The notes below the pieces were generated by a model. It made no database searches. It saw only the letters and a list, made by a program, of their open reading frames with translations, and had not been told where the DNA came from. A DNA stretch of 64,000 nucleotides from an uncultured Planctomycetia bacterium (GTDB taxonomy: Bacteria; Omnitrophota; Gorgyraeia; B26-G9), in assembly GCA_964437495.1 (NCBI GenBank), contig CAYTGV010000007.1, positions 17,563-81,562 of the forward strand, written 5' to 3'. Shown here one piece after another: positions 45,680 through 54,828 of this stretch. The stretch's first letter is position 1. The number at the start of each line of letters is the position of its first letter. A program made the position numbers and the translations under genes.

Positions 45680-46378
45680 TTATGCTATTTTAAATTCAGA
45701 AGAATCCAATTTTAGTCCCGGCCCCATTGTTGAGGAGACGTAAATGCTTTTAATATAATGCCCTTTTGCAGTTTGTGGTTTTGCGCGATTAATTGCGTCA
45801 ATAACTGCTTTAGCGTTTTCTACAAGAGCCTTTTCCTCAAAAGAAAGTTTGCCCACAGAAACCTGAATCCCGGCCAGCTTATTCATTTTAAACTCAACCT
45901 TACCGGCCTTAGCTTCCTTAACCGCCCGGCCCACATCCTGAGTAACCGTCCCTGCTCTTGGCGATGGCATTAGCCCACGAGGACCCAAAATCTTACCTAA
46001 TTTTGCCAGGTCTCTCATCATATCCGGCGTTGAAATTGCCACATCAAAGTCCAGCCACCCAGACTTTACTTTATCAATCAAATCCTGCGCGCCGACATGA
46101 TCCGCCTGTGCTTCTTTTGCCGCAGTTGACTCTTCTCCTTTACAGAAAACCGCAACCCTTACCTTTTTACCTAGCCCATGAGGCAATATAACACTGCCTC
46201 TAACCATCTGGTCTGATTGCTTGGCATCAACACCTAAATACAATGCTAAGTCAACTGATTCATCAAATTTTACCTTGTGAGCTTTTTTTAGCACAAACAC
46301 TATTTCTTCTAATGTATATGCCTTATCTTTTTCAAATAATTTTTTAAACTCTTTTACTCTTTTATTGTCTTTTTTCAT
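45680..46378 (-). CDS. rplA: 50S ribosomal protein L1
   Basis: KFDESV, LPHG.GK, LGPRGLMP, STMGPG. Confidence 0.98.
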   Translation of the reverse strand: MKKDNKRVKEFKKLFEKDKAYTLEEIVFVLKKAHKVKFDESVDLALYLGVDAKQSDQMVRGSVILPHGLGKKVRVAVFCKGEESTAAKEAQADHVGAQDLIDKVKSGWLDFDVAISTPDMMRDLAKLGKILGPRGLMPSPRAGTVTQDVGRAVKEAKAGKVEFKMNKLAGIQVSVGKLSFEEKALVENAKAVIDAINRAKPQTAKGHYIKSIYVSSTMGPGLKLDSSEFKIA

Positions 46379-46384
46379 GGAAAA

Positions 46385-46810
46385 CTATTCCTTTATTTCA
46401 ATTCCCATACTTCTTGCTGTACCTTCTACAATACGCATTGCCTGCTCAACCTTTGCAGTATTTAAATCATCCATTTTAAGTTTTGCTATCTCTTCAACCT
46501 GAGACTTTGTCACGCTACCTACTTTTTCCTTATTCGGAACCCCTGAACCCTTGGCCAGATTTGCCGATCTCTTCAACAAAACTGAACACGGTGGCCGCTT
46601 TAAAATAAAAGTAAACGACCTGTCTTCAAACACAGTAAGAACCACCGGAATAACCAATCCATCTTTATCCTTTGTTGCCTCGTTGAACTTTTTACAAAAG
46701 TCCATAATGTTAACACCCTGCTGCCCTAAAGCCGGCCCAACTGGTGGTGCTGGATTAGCTGCTCCTGCAGGGATCTGCAATTTAATCTTTGCTTTAATTG
46801 CTTTTGCCAT
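46385..46810 (-). CDS. rplK: 50S ribosomal protein L11
   Basis: [19 protein letters not shown]. Confidence 0.98.
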   Translation of the reverse strand: MAKAIKAKIKLQIPAGAANPAPPVGPALGQQGVNIMDFCKKFNEATKDKDGLVIPVVLTVFEDRSFTFILKRPPCSVLLKRSANLAKGSGVPNKEKVGSVTKSQVEEIAKLKMDDLNTAKVEQAMRIVEGTARSMGIEIKE

Positions 46811-46812
46811 GA

Positions 46813-47343
46813 TTACATTTTCTCCACTTGCCAGTATTCCAGTTCAACAGGGGTTGATCGGCCGAATATAGACACCATTGCCTTGACCTTACCCTTACTG
46901 GGATATATTTCCTCTATTTCACCATTAAAATTGGTAAACGGACCTTCTATTATCTTGATCGATTCTCCGATTTTGAAAATAACCTTCGGCATCGGCTTTT
47001 CTTTACTTTCCTCTGCCTGCTTTAATATGCTGGCAACCTCTTCTTCTGCCAAAGGCTGCGGTTTAGCTCCGGGGCCTATGAACCCGGTAACTCCCGGCGT
47101 GTTTCTGATCAAATACCAGCTCTCATCAGTCAATTCCATCTCAATAAGAACATATCCTGGAAAAAACTTTCTTTCCATAATCTTTTTCTTACCGCTACGA
47201 ACTTCGCTGACCTTTTCCGTGGGAATAAGGACCTGCGTGATTACTTCCTGGGCATTTGCAGATTTTATTCTGTTTTCAAGATGGGTTTTAATCCTATCTT
47301 CATGCCCTGTTTGAGTGTGAACAACATACCAGCGTTTTTCCAT
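46813..47343 (-). CDS. nusG: Transcription factor NusG
   Basis: WYVVH, FPGYVL, GVTGF, GPF, IFGR.TPVEL. Confidence 0.98.
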   Translation of the reverse strand: MEKRWYVVHTQTGHEDRIKTHLENRIKSANAQEVITQVLIPTEKVSEVRSGKKKIMERKFFPGYVLIEMELTDESWYLIRNTPGVTGFIGPGAKPQPLAEEEVASILKQAEESKEKPMPKVIFKIGESIKIIEGPFTNFNGEIEEIYPSKGKVKAMVSIFGRSTPVELEYWQVEKM

Positions 47344-47346
47344 AGC

Positions 47347-47529
47347 TTATTTTAAAATTAATCCTATCATAAAAGTATACAGCAGATCGATCACAGCAAT
47401 CACTGCTGCTAAGAGCCCTACAGACACAAGCACAACCATGGCTGAATTAAATAGCTCATCGCGCGCTGGCCAAGAGACTTTGATCATTTCTAATTTAACA
47501 TTTGTGACGAATTGCTTTATTTTATTCAT
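47347..47529 (-). CDS. secE: Preprotein translocase SecE
   Basis: E..KVSWP plus one TM helix; precedes nusG. Confidence 0.95.
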   Translation of the reverse strand: MNKIKQFVTNVKLEMIKVSWPARDELFNSAMVVLVSVGLLAAVIAVIDLLYTFMIGLILK

Positions 47530-47583
47530 TGCCTAATCTTGTTTTACACGTTTAGTTCTATCCTATTTTGCCTTTGCAAAAAC

Positions 47584-47657
47584 TGGCAGGAGCGGAAGGA
47601 GTCGAACCCTCAGTAACGGTTTTGGAGACCGTTGGTTTGCCATTAACCGACGCTCCT
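47584..47657 (-). tRNA. trnW: tRNA-Trp (CCA)
   Basis: Acceptor stem AGGAGCG/CGCTCCT, anticodon arm ACGGT-CTCCAAA-ACCGT, GGTTCGACT T-loop, encoded CCA. Confidence 0.97.
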
Positions 47658-47762
47658 CCTGATGAATCTCTTACTTTCAATCTTTCTAATTCCATCAAAC
47701 CCTAATAATGCAAAAAAACAAAAACTCTTCCATTGCTCTTTAGCAATTGAAAGAATTATTTA

Positions 47763-47912
47763 TTACTTAGTTTCTCTGTGAAGAGTATGTTTACGACAGC
47801 TTCTGCAAAACTTTTTCAACTCCAGCTTTTCGGAGTGTTGTTTCTTGTTTTTAGTAGACCGATAGTTTCGGCTCTTACATTCTTTACACGCCAGGGTAAT
47901 CAATTCTCTCAT
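47763..47912 (-). CDS. rpmG: 50S ribosomal protein L33 (Zn-binding type)
   Basis: Read by hand: [49 protein letters not shown]. Confidence 0.97.
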   Translation of the reverse strand: MRELITLACKECKSRNYRSTKNKKQHSEKLELKKFCRSCRKHTLHRETK

Positions 47913-47926
47913 GACTTAATGCCTAC

Positions 47927-49129
47927 CTATTCAATAATTTCCGATATAACGCCTGCTCCGACCGTACGCCCGCCTTCACGGATAGCAAACCGCAATTCTT
48001 TTTCCATGGCGATCGGCACGATAAGATCTACATCCATAGCCACATTGTCTCCAGGCATAACCATCTCTACTCCCTGCGGCAATGTTACCACTCCGGTTAC
48101 ATCTGTTGTTCTGAAATAAAACTGCGGACGATATCCCTTAAAAAATGGGGTATGTCTTCCGCCTTCTTCCTTACTTAATATATATACCTGAGCCTTAAAC
48201 TTGGTATGCGGCTTGATCGATCCCGGCTTTGCTGCAACCTGGCCTCTTTCAATATCTTTCTTATCTATACCGCGCATCAAAAGACCTACATTATCTCCGG
48301 CCAGTCCTTCATCAAGCAGCTTGCGAAACATTTCTACTCCGGTTACTACTGTCTTCTTTGTGTCCTTCATCCCCACTATCTCGATCTCTTCTCCTACCTT
48401 AACCTTACCGCGCTCGATTCTTCCTGTTCCTACTGTACCGCGGCCGGTAATCGAAAATACATCTTCTACTGCCATCAAGAAAGGCTTGTCTATTTCTCTC
48501 TTTGGCGCAGGAATGAAATCATCTACTGCCTGCATAAGATCCAAAATAGACTTTATATTAGGTCCTTCCATATTCCCTGCCTCTACTTCTTCTAAGGCCT
48601 TAACTGCCGATCCTTTAAGTATCGGTGTCTTGTCTCCAGGAAACTCATACTTGTTCAATAAATCACGAATCTCAAGCTCTACAAGCTCAATCAGCTCAGG
48701 ATCATCTACCATATCTGTCTTATTCATATATACTACCAGCGCAGGTACGTTTACCTGTCTTGCCAACAGTATATGCTCGCGTGTCTGAGGCATTGGACCA
48801 TCTGGGGCTGATACTACCAGAATCGCTCCGTCCATCTGCGCTGCTCCGGTGATCATGTTCTTAATATAGTCAGCATGTCCAGGACAATCTACATGTGCAT
48901 AATGACGCGTCTCTGTCTCATACTCAGCATGGTGTACATTGATCGTTACTCCTCTTTCTTTTTCTTCCGGAGCATTGTCAATCTCATCATACCTCTTTGC
49001 TGTTGCTAATCCCTTTTTGGCTAGAATATGCGTAATCGCTGCTGTTAATGTTGTCTTACCATGATCAACATGTCCAATTGTTCCTATATTGACATGTGTT
49101 TTATTCCTCTCAAATTTCTCTTTAGCCAC
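47927..49129 (-). CDS. tuf: Elongation factor Tu (tRNA-linked copy)
   Basis: Same 400-aa protein as 32605-33807. Confidence 0.99.
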   Translation of the reverse strand: MAKEKFERNKTHVNIGTIGHVDHGKTTLTAAITHILAKKGLATAKRYDEIDNAPEEKERGVTINVHHAEYETETRHYAHVDCPGHADYIKNMITGAAQMDGAILVVSAPDGPMPQTREHILLARQVNVPALVVYMNKTDMVDDPELIELVELEIRDLLNKYEFPGDKTPILKGSAVKALEEVEAGNMEGPNIKSILDLMQAVDDFIPAPKREIDKPFLMAVEDVFSITGRGTVGTGRIERGKVKVGEEIEIVGMKDTKKTVVTGVEMFRKLLDEGLAGDNVGLLMRGIDKKDIERGQVAAKPGSIKPHTKFKAQVYILSKEEGGRHTPFFKGYRPQFYFRTTDVTGVVTLPQGVEMVMPGDNVAMDVDLIVPIAMEKELRFAIREGGRTVGAGVISEIIE

Positions 49130-49151
49130 TATGCACCTCCTACGTTGATTA

Positions 49152-49224
49152 AGCTGCTGACGGGAATCGAACCCATGACCTCATCCTTACCAAGGATGTG
49201 CTCTGCCAACTGAGCTACAGCAGC
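49152..49224 (-). tRNA. trnT: tRNA-Thr (GGT)
   Basis: Acceptor stem GCTGCTG/CAGCAGC, TAGCTCAGTTGG D-arm, CATCC-TTGGTAA-GGATG anticodon arm, GGTTCGATT; CCA not encoded. Confidence 0.97.
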
Positions 49225-49285
49225 GCTTTTTAGGCGCCAACCCTATTTATAAAAAATACAAAGAATTTATGTACGTAAAGTTTAA

Positions 49286-49313
49286 AATATACCATAAAAA
49301 AAATTATTGTCAA
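49286..49313 (-). promoter_or_regulatory. Sigma70 promoter of the tRNA-Thr/tuf operon
   Basis: TTGACA-16 bp-TATATT with extended -10 TG and an AT-rich upstream region. Confidence 0.65.
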
Positions 49314-49385
49314 GTATTTTTTTTATTTTTAAACCAAGAACGGGGATGTTTCCAGAAGTTTAAATGTTTGTTTAATGCTGAGTCT

Positions 49386-49754
49386 TTACTGCCCCAGTTT
49401 TTTCTGAATCGTTTCCAGTAATTGTTCCTTGTCTACTGGTTTTACCAGATAGTCCTTCATTCCTTCAATTGCGAAGAGTTCCTTCATCCCTTCCTGTGAG
49501 GAAGATATAATTATCGGTATGTTTTTTACCTGTTCATCGTAGAGGATCTGTTTAGCAATCGTAAAACCGTCAACACCAGGCATGATTATATCAAGCACAA
49601 CCAAATCCGGCATGACTTTCTTTACGTTCTCAAGAACCTTGGAGCCATCACTTACATGAAAGACCTTATATCCCTTTATTTCTAAGAACTCCTTTATCTC
49701 AGAGGATGCTCTTAGATCATCATCTACGATAAGAATTTTCTTGTCTGCGTCCAA
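49386..49754 (-). CDS. Single-domain response regulator (receiver)
   Basis: ILIVDDD, PDLVVLDIIMPGVDG, YLVKP. Confidence 0.92.
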   Translation of the reverse strand: MDADKKILIVDDDLRASSEIKEFLEIKGYKVFHVSDGSKVLENVKKVMPDLVVLDIIMPGVDGFTIAKQILYDEQVKNIPIIISSSQEGMKELFAIEGMKDYLVKPVDKEQLLETIQKKLGQ

Positions 49755-49790
49755 TTTCGCTCCTTTTATATAAGTGCTTTAGAGAGTGTT

Positions 49791-49819
49791 ATCTTAATAA
49801 AATTTTCTTTTTGAGTCAA
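49791..49819 (-). promoter_or_regulatory. Sigma70 promoter of the receiver gene
   Basis: TTGACT-17 bp-TAAGAT. Confidence 0.55.
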
Positions 49820-49863
49820 TTTTTTTCTTTTATAAACAACCGCGCTATTTTAATAGAAAACTT

Positions 49864-50292
49864 TTACCAAAAAAATACCTTTTCATTTACCTGAATATTG
49901 TTTTGCTTCATCCAGCCAGCGTTTACTTCAAGGGCATACTTAATCGCTTTAGATGGCCTGTGACGCAGCCGGGTATCAAGCGGGATCATCTGCTGGATAT
50001 CAACTATTTCATGCCTACTGTCAATAAACGCTAAGTCTAGGGGGATATACGTGTCTTTCATCCAAAAAGAATGAAATCCTTCTTTTTTAAAGATAAAAAG
50101 CATGCCCTGGTTTTTCTTAAGAGCAGCTCTTTTTTGCAGGCCTCTTTGTCTCTGAGCCTGTGTTTTTGCGACTTCCACAAGTATCAACCTTGACCGCACA
50201 GACAAAATCCGCCAAGGAGTTGCCTTCCACAACAAGCCAAAAACAAAAACACATATAAAGACAGCTAAAATGATCTTATTTTTCTTTAACAT
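49864..50292 (-). CDS. DUF192 family protein
   Basis: VEVA, RGL..R, GMLF.F, FWMKDT.IPLD, LEVNAG; N-terminal TM. Confidence 0.92.
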   Translation of the reverse strand: MLKKNKIILAVFICVFVFGLLWKATPWRILSVRSRLILVEVAKTQAQRQRGLQKRAALKKNQGMLFIFKKEGFHSFWMKDTYIPLDLAFIDSRHEIVDIQQMIPLDTRLRHRPSKAIKYALEVNAGWMKQNNIQVNEKVFFW

Positions 50293-50311
50293 CTTTTTTG
50301 AGCGTCTGTTA

Positions 50312-50728
50312 TCATTGCGCCTTTAATGCGCTTTTCATTTTCTCTAAAAAATTCTCTGGATGCAAATACCCTGGGATAATCTCGATTTTTTTTGCCTTGG
50401 ATGTAAGAAACGCCGTAGTGGGCAAGCCTCTAACCATATAATTTTCAGCCACATCAGGCTGCTCTTGCGTATCTATTTTTACACAAATAAATTGCTCGGC
50501 CAGTTCAGCAACCTGCATATTCTCATATATATCCTTATCCATGCGCTTACACCACACGCACCAATCCGCATTAAAATCGATAATTATAGGCTTTCCCTGT
50601 GCCAAAGCCGAATCCTTTGCAGCCGGCAGGTCAGTAATCCAATCAATGCTACCCTTTGGTCCATTATCAACTGCCTGACTGCAACCCATTATCAATAATA
50701 ATCCTATTAAAAATGCTATTTTTTTCAC
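50312..50728 (-). CDS. Thioredoxin-family lipoprotein
   Basis: GTG start, lipobox LIMGC, DF.ADWCVWC, GLPT cis-Pro motif. Confidence 0.88.
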   Translation of the reverse strand: MKKIAFLIGLLLIMGCSQAVDNGPKGSIDWITDLPAAKDSALAQGKPIIIDFNADWCVWCKRMDKDIYENMQVAELAEQFICVKIDTQEQPDVAENYMVRGLPTTAFLTSKAKKIEIIPGYLHPENFLEKMKSALKAQ

Positions 50729-50741
50729 ATGCCCCTGCTTT

Positions 50742-50915
50742 CTATAAAATTCTACTATAAACAAATATCCAATAAACCAAAAAATAAGTTAATTCAATAA
50801 AGAAACAATAAATTTTTTTATGCTGGATCTTCGCAATAACATAAGTGCTGAGAAGTAAAAACCCGGCAAGAAAGGTAACAGAGGAAACTATAGATTTTAA
50901 AAGTATATTAATCAT
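50742..50915 (-). CDS. Small 57-aa two-TM membrane protein (not in ORF track)
   Basis: MINILLKSIVSSVTFLAGFLLLSTYVIAKIQHKKIYCFFIELTYFLVYWIFVYSRIL; fills the gap between the promoter and the thioredoxin gene. Confidence 0.55.
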   Translation of the reverse strand: MINILLKSIVSSVTFLAGFLLLSTYVIAKIQHKKIYCFFIELTYFLVYWIFVYSRIL

Positions 50916-50921
50916 TGTCCT

Positions 50922-50950
50922 ATTTTAACCCATAGTCAAAACAGTGTCAA
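50922..50950 (-). promoter_or_regulatory. Near-consensus sigma70 promoter
   Basis: TTGACA-17 bp-TAAAAT. Confidence 0.7.
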
Positions 50951-51056
50951 GAATTGCCCAATACTATTGGCAACCAGTATATTGCTGCTTTTAATAAGCT
51001 GCGCCAGGGCTACAATTATTTTAGCAATTATTATATTTAAACCATGTCTGCAAAAG

Positions 51057-51095
51057 TATATAAGGGGTTTTGAAAAAATCAAAACCCCTTATATA
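51057..51095. terminator. Long hairpin, probable terminator after the SPFH pair
   Basis: Perfect 17-bp IR TATATAAGGGGTTTTGA/TCAAAACCCCTTATATA. Confidence 0.6.
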
Positions 51096-51125
51096 TCAAC
51101 ACCTTACTAACTTAAGCTATCCTTT

Positions 51126-52169
51126 TTACTGCGATGCCTTTTGCACCCCGTACGTTCTTAGCAAATCATTGACATTGGTTGTCTTTAAATCCATACCGCT
51201 TGTTTCGGAAAAAGGCAACAAATAAATAGGCTTGCCCATAAGCGCCTCAGCCAGCTTCAGCTTGACCATGGTGATCCCGCCTGAATTATTCAATGCCTCT
51301 ACTGTTTTTTCTATACCCTTTGCCTCAGCAATACCTTCAATTTCAATAGCCTTAGCAATGCGACTCTCCTGCTCAAAATATGCATCTGCCTTGATTTTGT
51401 CTTTTTTAAATTCACCATCAGCCGCAGCAACCATCTGGTTTACTTCTCCCTGTGACTGTTGAAGCTTTTGCTTATACTCTTCATATGTTGCATTTGCCTC
51501 GGACTTAAAACGCTCTGCCATCTGATCTGCTACCTTTTTATCCTCTATGGCTCTTTGATAAGCCGGATTAAAACGATAATCTTTAGACAGTACACTTTCT
51601 ACAATTACTCCGTACGAATTAAGCGTCTCATTAAGCAGAGCGATAGCCTTGTCCGCCTTTTCTGTTCGCTTGGTAGCAACATAGAAATCTTCGGTTTTTA
51701 ATTCCCCATAAAGGTCACGCGTAATATTACGTGATATGGGACGAACAACCTTTTCCTCAAGTTCCAGATTGTTCTTAGCTACATATTCTAAAATATAAGG
51801 CGCCTTTTCCGGGATAATACGATAGGCAATAATAACATCAAGGCTGATATCATTTCCGTCTATAGTTTTAAACAGCACGTCATCCGGACCTGTATGCGCG
51901 CCCTGGCCTTGCTTGATCGTCATCTCCATATTCCTAAGCTTTGTATCAAAGACATCCCAATCATTAATAACCGGGGGAAAGAAAAATGTCGTACCTGGTG
52001 AATAAATTTCCTGCATCACGCCTTTTTTTACAAACGGCGACCATTTAATTGTCCTGACTCCAACCTCTGTTGACTGGGTTGAATGAGGCATGCATCCACT
52101 GAGGCTTACCGCCATACATACTAAAAGGAGGCAAAAAGTTGTTTTCATAATTGTCCTTTTGTTTTTCAT
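51126..52169 (-). CDS. SPFH/band 7 (HflC/prohibitin-like) lipoprotein
   Basis: Lipobox LSGC, EVGVR, KTIDGNDISLDV.I.YRI, AIEDKK, then coiled coil. Confidence 0.85.
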   Translation of the reverse strand: MKNKRTIMKTTFCLLLVCMAVSLSGCMPHSTQSTEVGVRTIKWSPFVKKGVMQEIYSPGTTFFFPPVINDWDVFDTKLRNMEMTIKQGQGAHTGPDDVLFKTIDGNDISLDVIIAYRIIPEKAPYILEYVAKNNLELEEKVVRPISRNITRDLYGELKTEDFYVATKRTEKADKAIALLNETLNSYGVIVESVLSKDYRFNPAYQRAIEDKKVADQMAERFKSEANATYEEYKQKLQQSQGEVNQMVAAADGEFKKDKIKADAYFEQESRIAKAIEIEGIAEAKGIEKTVEALNNSGGITMVKLKLAEALMGKPIYLLPFSETSGMDLKTTNVNDLLRTYGVQKASQ

Positions 52170-53308
52170 TACTGCCCACCCCCTTTCACACCAAAAAGTT
52201 CAAGATTTTTGTCTAAATTCAAAGGATTAAAGCCATTTGCTCCGCTAGAAGAAAGCATAATAACATTCAGGCCTTTGAGTACCTCAGCCATTTTTAATCC
52301 CACCAGCTTGTCTGAGCCTTTTTGCTGATAGGCATTATTTATAAGCTCTTTCTTTTTTGCCTCAGCAAGCTTTATCATCAGATCTGCCTCAGCATGTTTA
52401 GTTCTTACATAAAGATCCCGCTCTGAGTTCTTCTTTACTACATAAGCCCTTCCCTCTTCAATTCGAATCTTCATATTGGCCTCTCCCTCTTCACGCACTT
52501 TCTTTACAAGCGCTTCCTCTCCTGTTGCCTTGGCCTTGGACTGGTTGGTAAAAACCAGCTGATCTTTTAACTTCTTCTCTTCTATATTTCTCTGCAACTC
52601 ATCGCTATATTTGAAATATCGGATAAGCACATGGTCAACTATTATGCCCTTAGGCTCAAGCTCTATATTGAGCAATTCCATTGATTGCTGAGCTCTGGCT
52701 ACACGAAGCGGACTATTAAAAAATTCTTCTGTAGTCATCTCGCCCAAAGTTTCTTTAAGCTTTGGCTCAACTTTCGGGATTATTCCGTTTGTCTGATACA
52801 AGAGTCCAGGGCCTACGGTTGTAATCACTTTATATGGATCCGCAATATGATAGATAACGCTAACATCTACATCCACAAAGAATCCATCTGAGGTTTGGAT
52901 ATGTGCTGCTTTTTGAAATCCGCCCTTTTGCTTTCTTTGCCCATAATATGCTTCCGGAGAACGCACACTATCCAGATTAAACTGGATACTCTTTGCCTTA
53001 CTCTCAAGATAATCATTTAGCTCAAATACCTGCAGATCCTTGGGAAATCTGTGCATACGATGTATTCCAAAAGGAGCAATAACATGAAATCCTGTATTAT
53101 AAATCTTTTCCCTTACACCAGGATTGATCCCAATATTGATCTGCTTAATAGCAAATTCATTTGGCCGCACATAAAAAATACAATTACCAAAAAATACCGC
53201 TAAAACAAACAAAATCACAAATACCCTGACAAGCCACTTAAACATTTTTTCAAAATTTACTTTTGACATTCTGTTCATCATTTTAGCAAACTCTTCTTTT
53301 TCGTTCAT
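52169..53308 (-). CDS. SPFH/band 7 (HflK/prohibitin-like) membrane protein
   Basis: N-terminal TM, YVRPNE, QTSDGFFVDVDVSV.Y.I, IEEKK, then coiled coil. Confidence 0.85.
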   Translation of the reverse strand: MNEKEEFAKMMNRMSKVNFEKMFKWLVRVFVILFVLAVFFGNCIFYVRPNEFAIKQINIGINPGVREKIYNTGFHVIAPFGIHRMHRFPKDLQVFELNDYLESKAKSIQFNLDSVRSPEAYYGQRKQKGGFQKAAHIQTSDGFFVDVDVSVIYHIADPYKVITTVGPGLLYQTNGIIPKVEPKLKETLGEMTTEEFFNSPLRVARAQQSMELLNIELEPKGIIVDHVLIRYFKYSDELQRNIEEKKLKDQLVFTNQSKAKATGEEALVKKVREEGEANMKIRIEEGRAYVVKKNSERDLYVRTKHAEADLMIKLAEAKKKELINNAYQQKGSDKLVGLKMAEVLKGLNVIMLSSSGANGFNPLNLDKNLELFGVKGGGQ

Positions 53309-53434
53309 TCAAACAACACCCCCTTCAAAAATTTTTCAGATTTTAAAGTAGCAAGAACAAAGAAACAAGGAGCGAGATAATTATCTAATTTTCCTACTCT
53401 CTACTCTCTACTCGCTACTTTGCACTTTAGTTAA

Positions 53435-53890
53435 TTACCATATCTTTCCCTTTGCTACAGCCTTAATCACATCTCTTTTGGTTACAACTCCTGCCACTGC
53501 TCCATTATCCAGAACCACAAGATAGTAACTTTTATTTTCGCTCATAATTGTGGCTATTTCCTCTGTTGTCGTCTGCGATGTTATTGTTTGCGACTCAACT
53601 TGCATTACATCTTGCAGTTTGGTACCAGTAATTTTTTTAAGCTCTTCCTCTGTCTGCGCAACACCCAAGGGAACAAAATTGGCAAATAGGTTCAGGAATG
53701 AAGGCAGGTTTATTTTTTTATCCTGGAATATCAGGTCTTCCTCTGTAGCAATGCCTAAAAATTTTCCGCCCTCATCTACCACTGGAGCCCCGCTGATATT
53801 CTCTTTTATCAGAAAAGAGGCAAATTCACGGATCGCCAACCGCGGTGATACTAATTTGACGCTTTGAGTCATGATATCCTTGGCCAGCAT
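53435..53890 (-). CDS. Stand-alone CBS-pair protein
   Basis: AKDIMT, ISGAPVVD, LGIATEEDL, GVVTKRDV; RBS AAGGAGG. Confidence 0.9.
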   Translation of the reverse strand: MLAKDIMTQSVKLVSPRLAIREFASFLIKENISGAPVVDEGGKFLGIATEEDLIFQDKKINLPSFLNLFANFVPLGVAQTEEELKKITGTKLQDVMQVESQTITSQTTTEEIATIMSENKSYYLVVLDNGAVAGVVTKRDVIKAVAKGKIW

Positions 53891-54049
53891 ATATCCTCCT
53901 TTGATAAGCATACCCGCTTTATACTCCTGGATTTTAAGATGGATGAAAACAAAGACAACTCAGCTTTCCTCCTAATCGCTTGGCTGTATTGTAATTTAGT
54001 GTAAACTATAGGCAGGCGCCTTGTCAACTTGATTCTTTCATGGTAAGGT

Positions 54050-54781
54050 ATGAACAAGAAAAGAGGATCACTTGTGAAGGAAAGACTAAATAAGATTATA
54101 TCAAAAAGCGGGGTTTGCTCACGCCGCAAAGCAGATGAGCTGATATCATCCGGCAAGGTAAAACTGAATGGCATTATTGTAACTGTCCTAGGCACACAGG
54201 CCGATATTGATAAAGACATTGTACTGGTCAACAATCTTCCTCTTAAAAAAGAAAAAAATGTTTACATTATATTTCACAAACCAAAAGGCTGCATCACTAC
54301 AGCTAGTGACCGATTCGCGGAGAAAACTATTTTTGATATTTTGCCTAAATTTCCCGTACGAGTTTTTCCTGTGGGCCGCTTAGACAAAAATACAGAAGGA
54401 CTTCTGATCTTGACCAATGACGGGGACCTGACACAAAAGATCCTGCATCCCAAATATGAGATCAAAAGAATCTACGAAGTCGGCATAAAAGGCAACCTGC
54501 CTAAACCAATTGTTGAAAAAATAGAAAAGGGAGGCATCAAAATCGAAGACTACAGAACCTCTGTCTGCGAAATCAAAATTCTCAGCCGCAGTGAATTAAA
54601 AACACAGTTAACCCTTTCCCTGCATGAAGGTAAAAAGAGAGAAATCAGAAAGATTTTTGATGCAGTTGATCATCCGGTGATTTACTTGAAAAGAATTCAA
54701 TTCGACGCTTTAAAACTAGGAGCCCTTCCAAAAGGGAAATGGAAATATATTGCTAAAAAGGTACTTTTAGGAAAAAATTAA
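54050..54781 (+). CDS. rRNA pseudouridine synthase (RluB/RsuA family)
   Basis: S4 domain SRRKADELI, HKPKG, VGRLDKNTEGLL, EGKKREIR; GTG 54074 is a likely alternative start. Confidence 0.95.
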   Translation: MNKKRGSLVKERLNKIISKSGVCSRRKADELISSGKVKLNGIIVTVLGTQADIDKDIVLVNNLPLKKEKNVYIIFHKPKGCITTASDRFAEKTIFDILPKFPVRVFPVGRLDKNTEGLLILTNDGDLTQKILHPKYEIKRIYEVGIKGNLPKPIVEKIEKGGIKIEDYRTSVCEIKILSRSELKTQLTLSLHEGKKREIRKIFDAVDHPVIYLKRIQFDALKLGALPKGKWKYIAKKVLLGKN

Positions 54782-54828
54782 TATCTCAGAGATTAATCCA
54801 ATAATTTATATTTAAAGATTAGATATAT

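Noticed and set aside
32879-48852. Duplicated plus-strand ORFs (195, 129 and 75 aa)
   Set aside because: They are antisense shadows of the two tuf genes.
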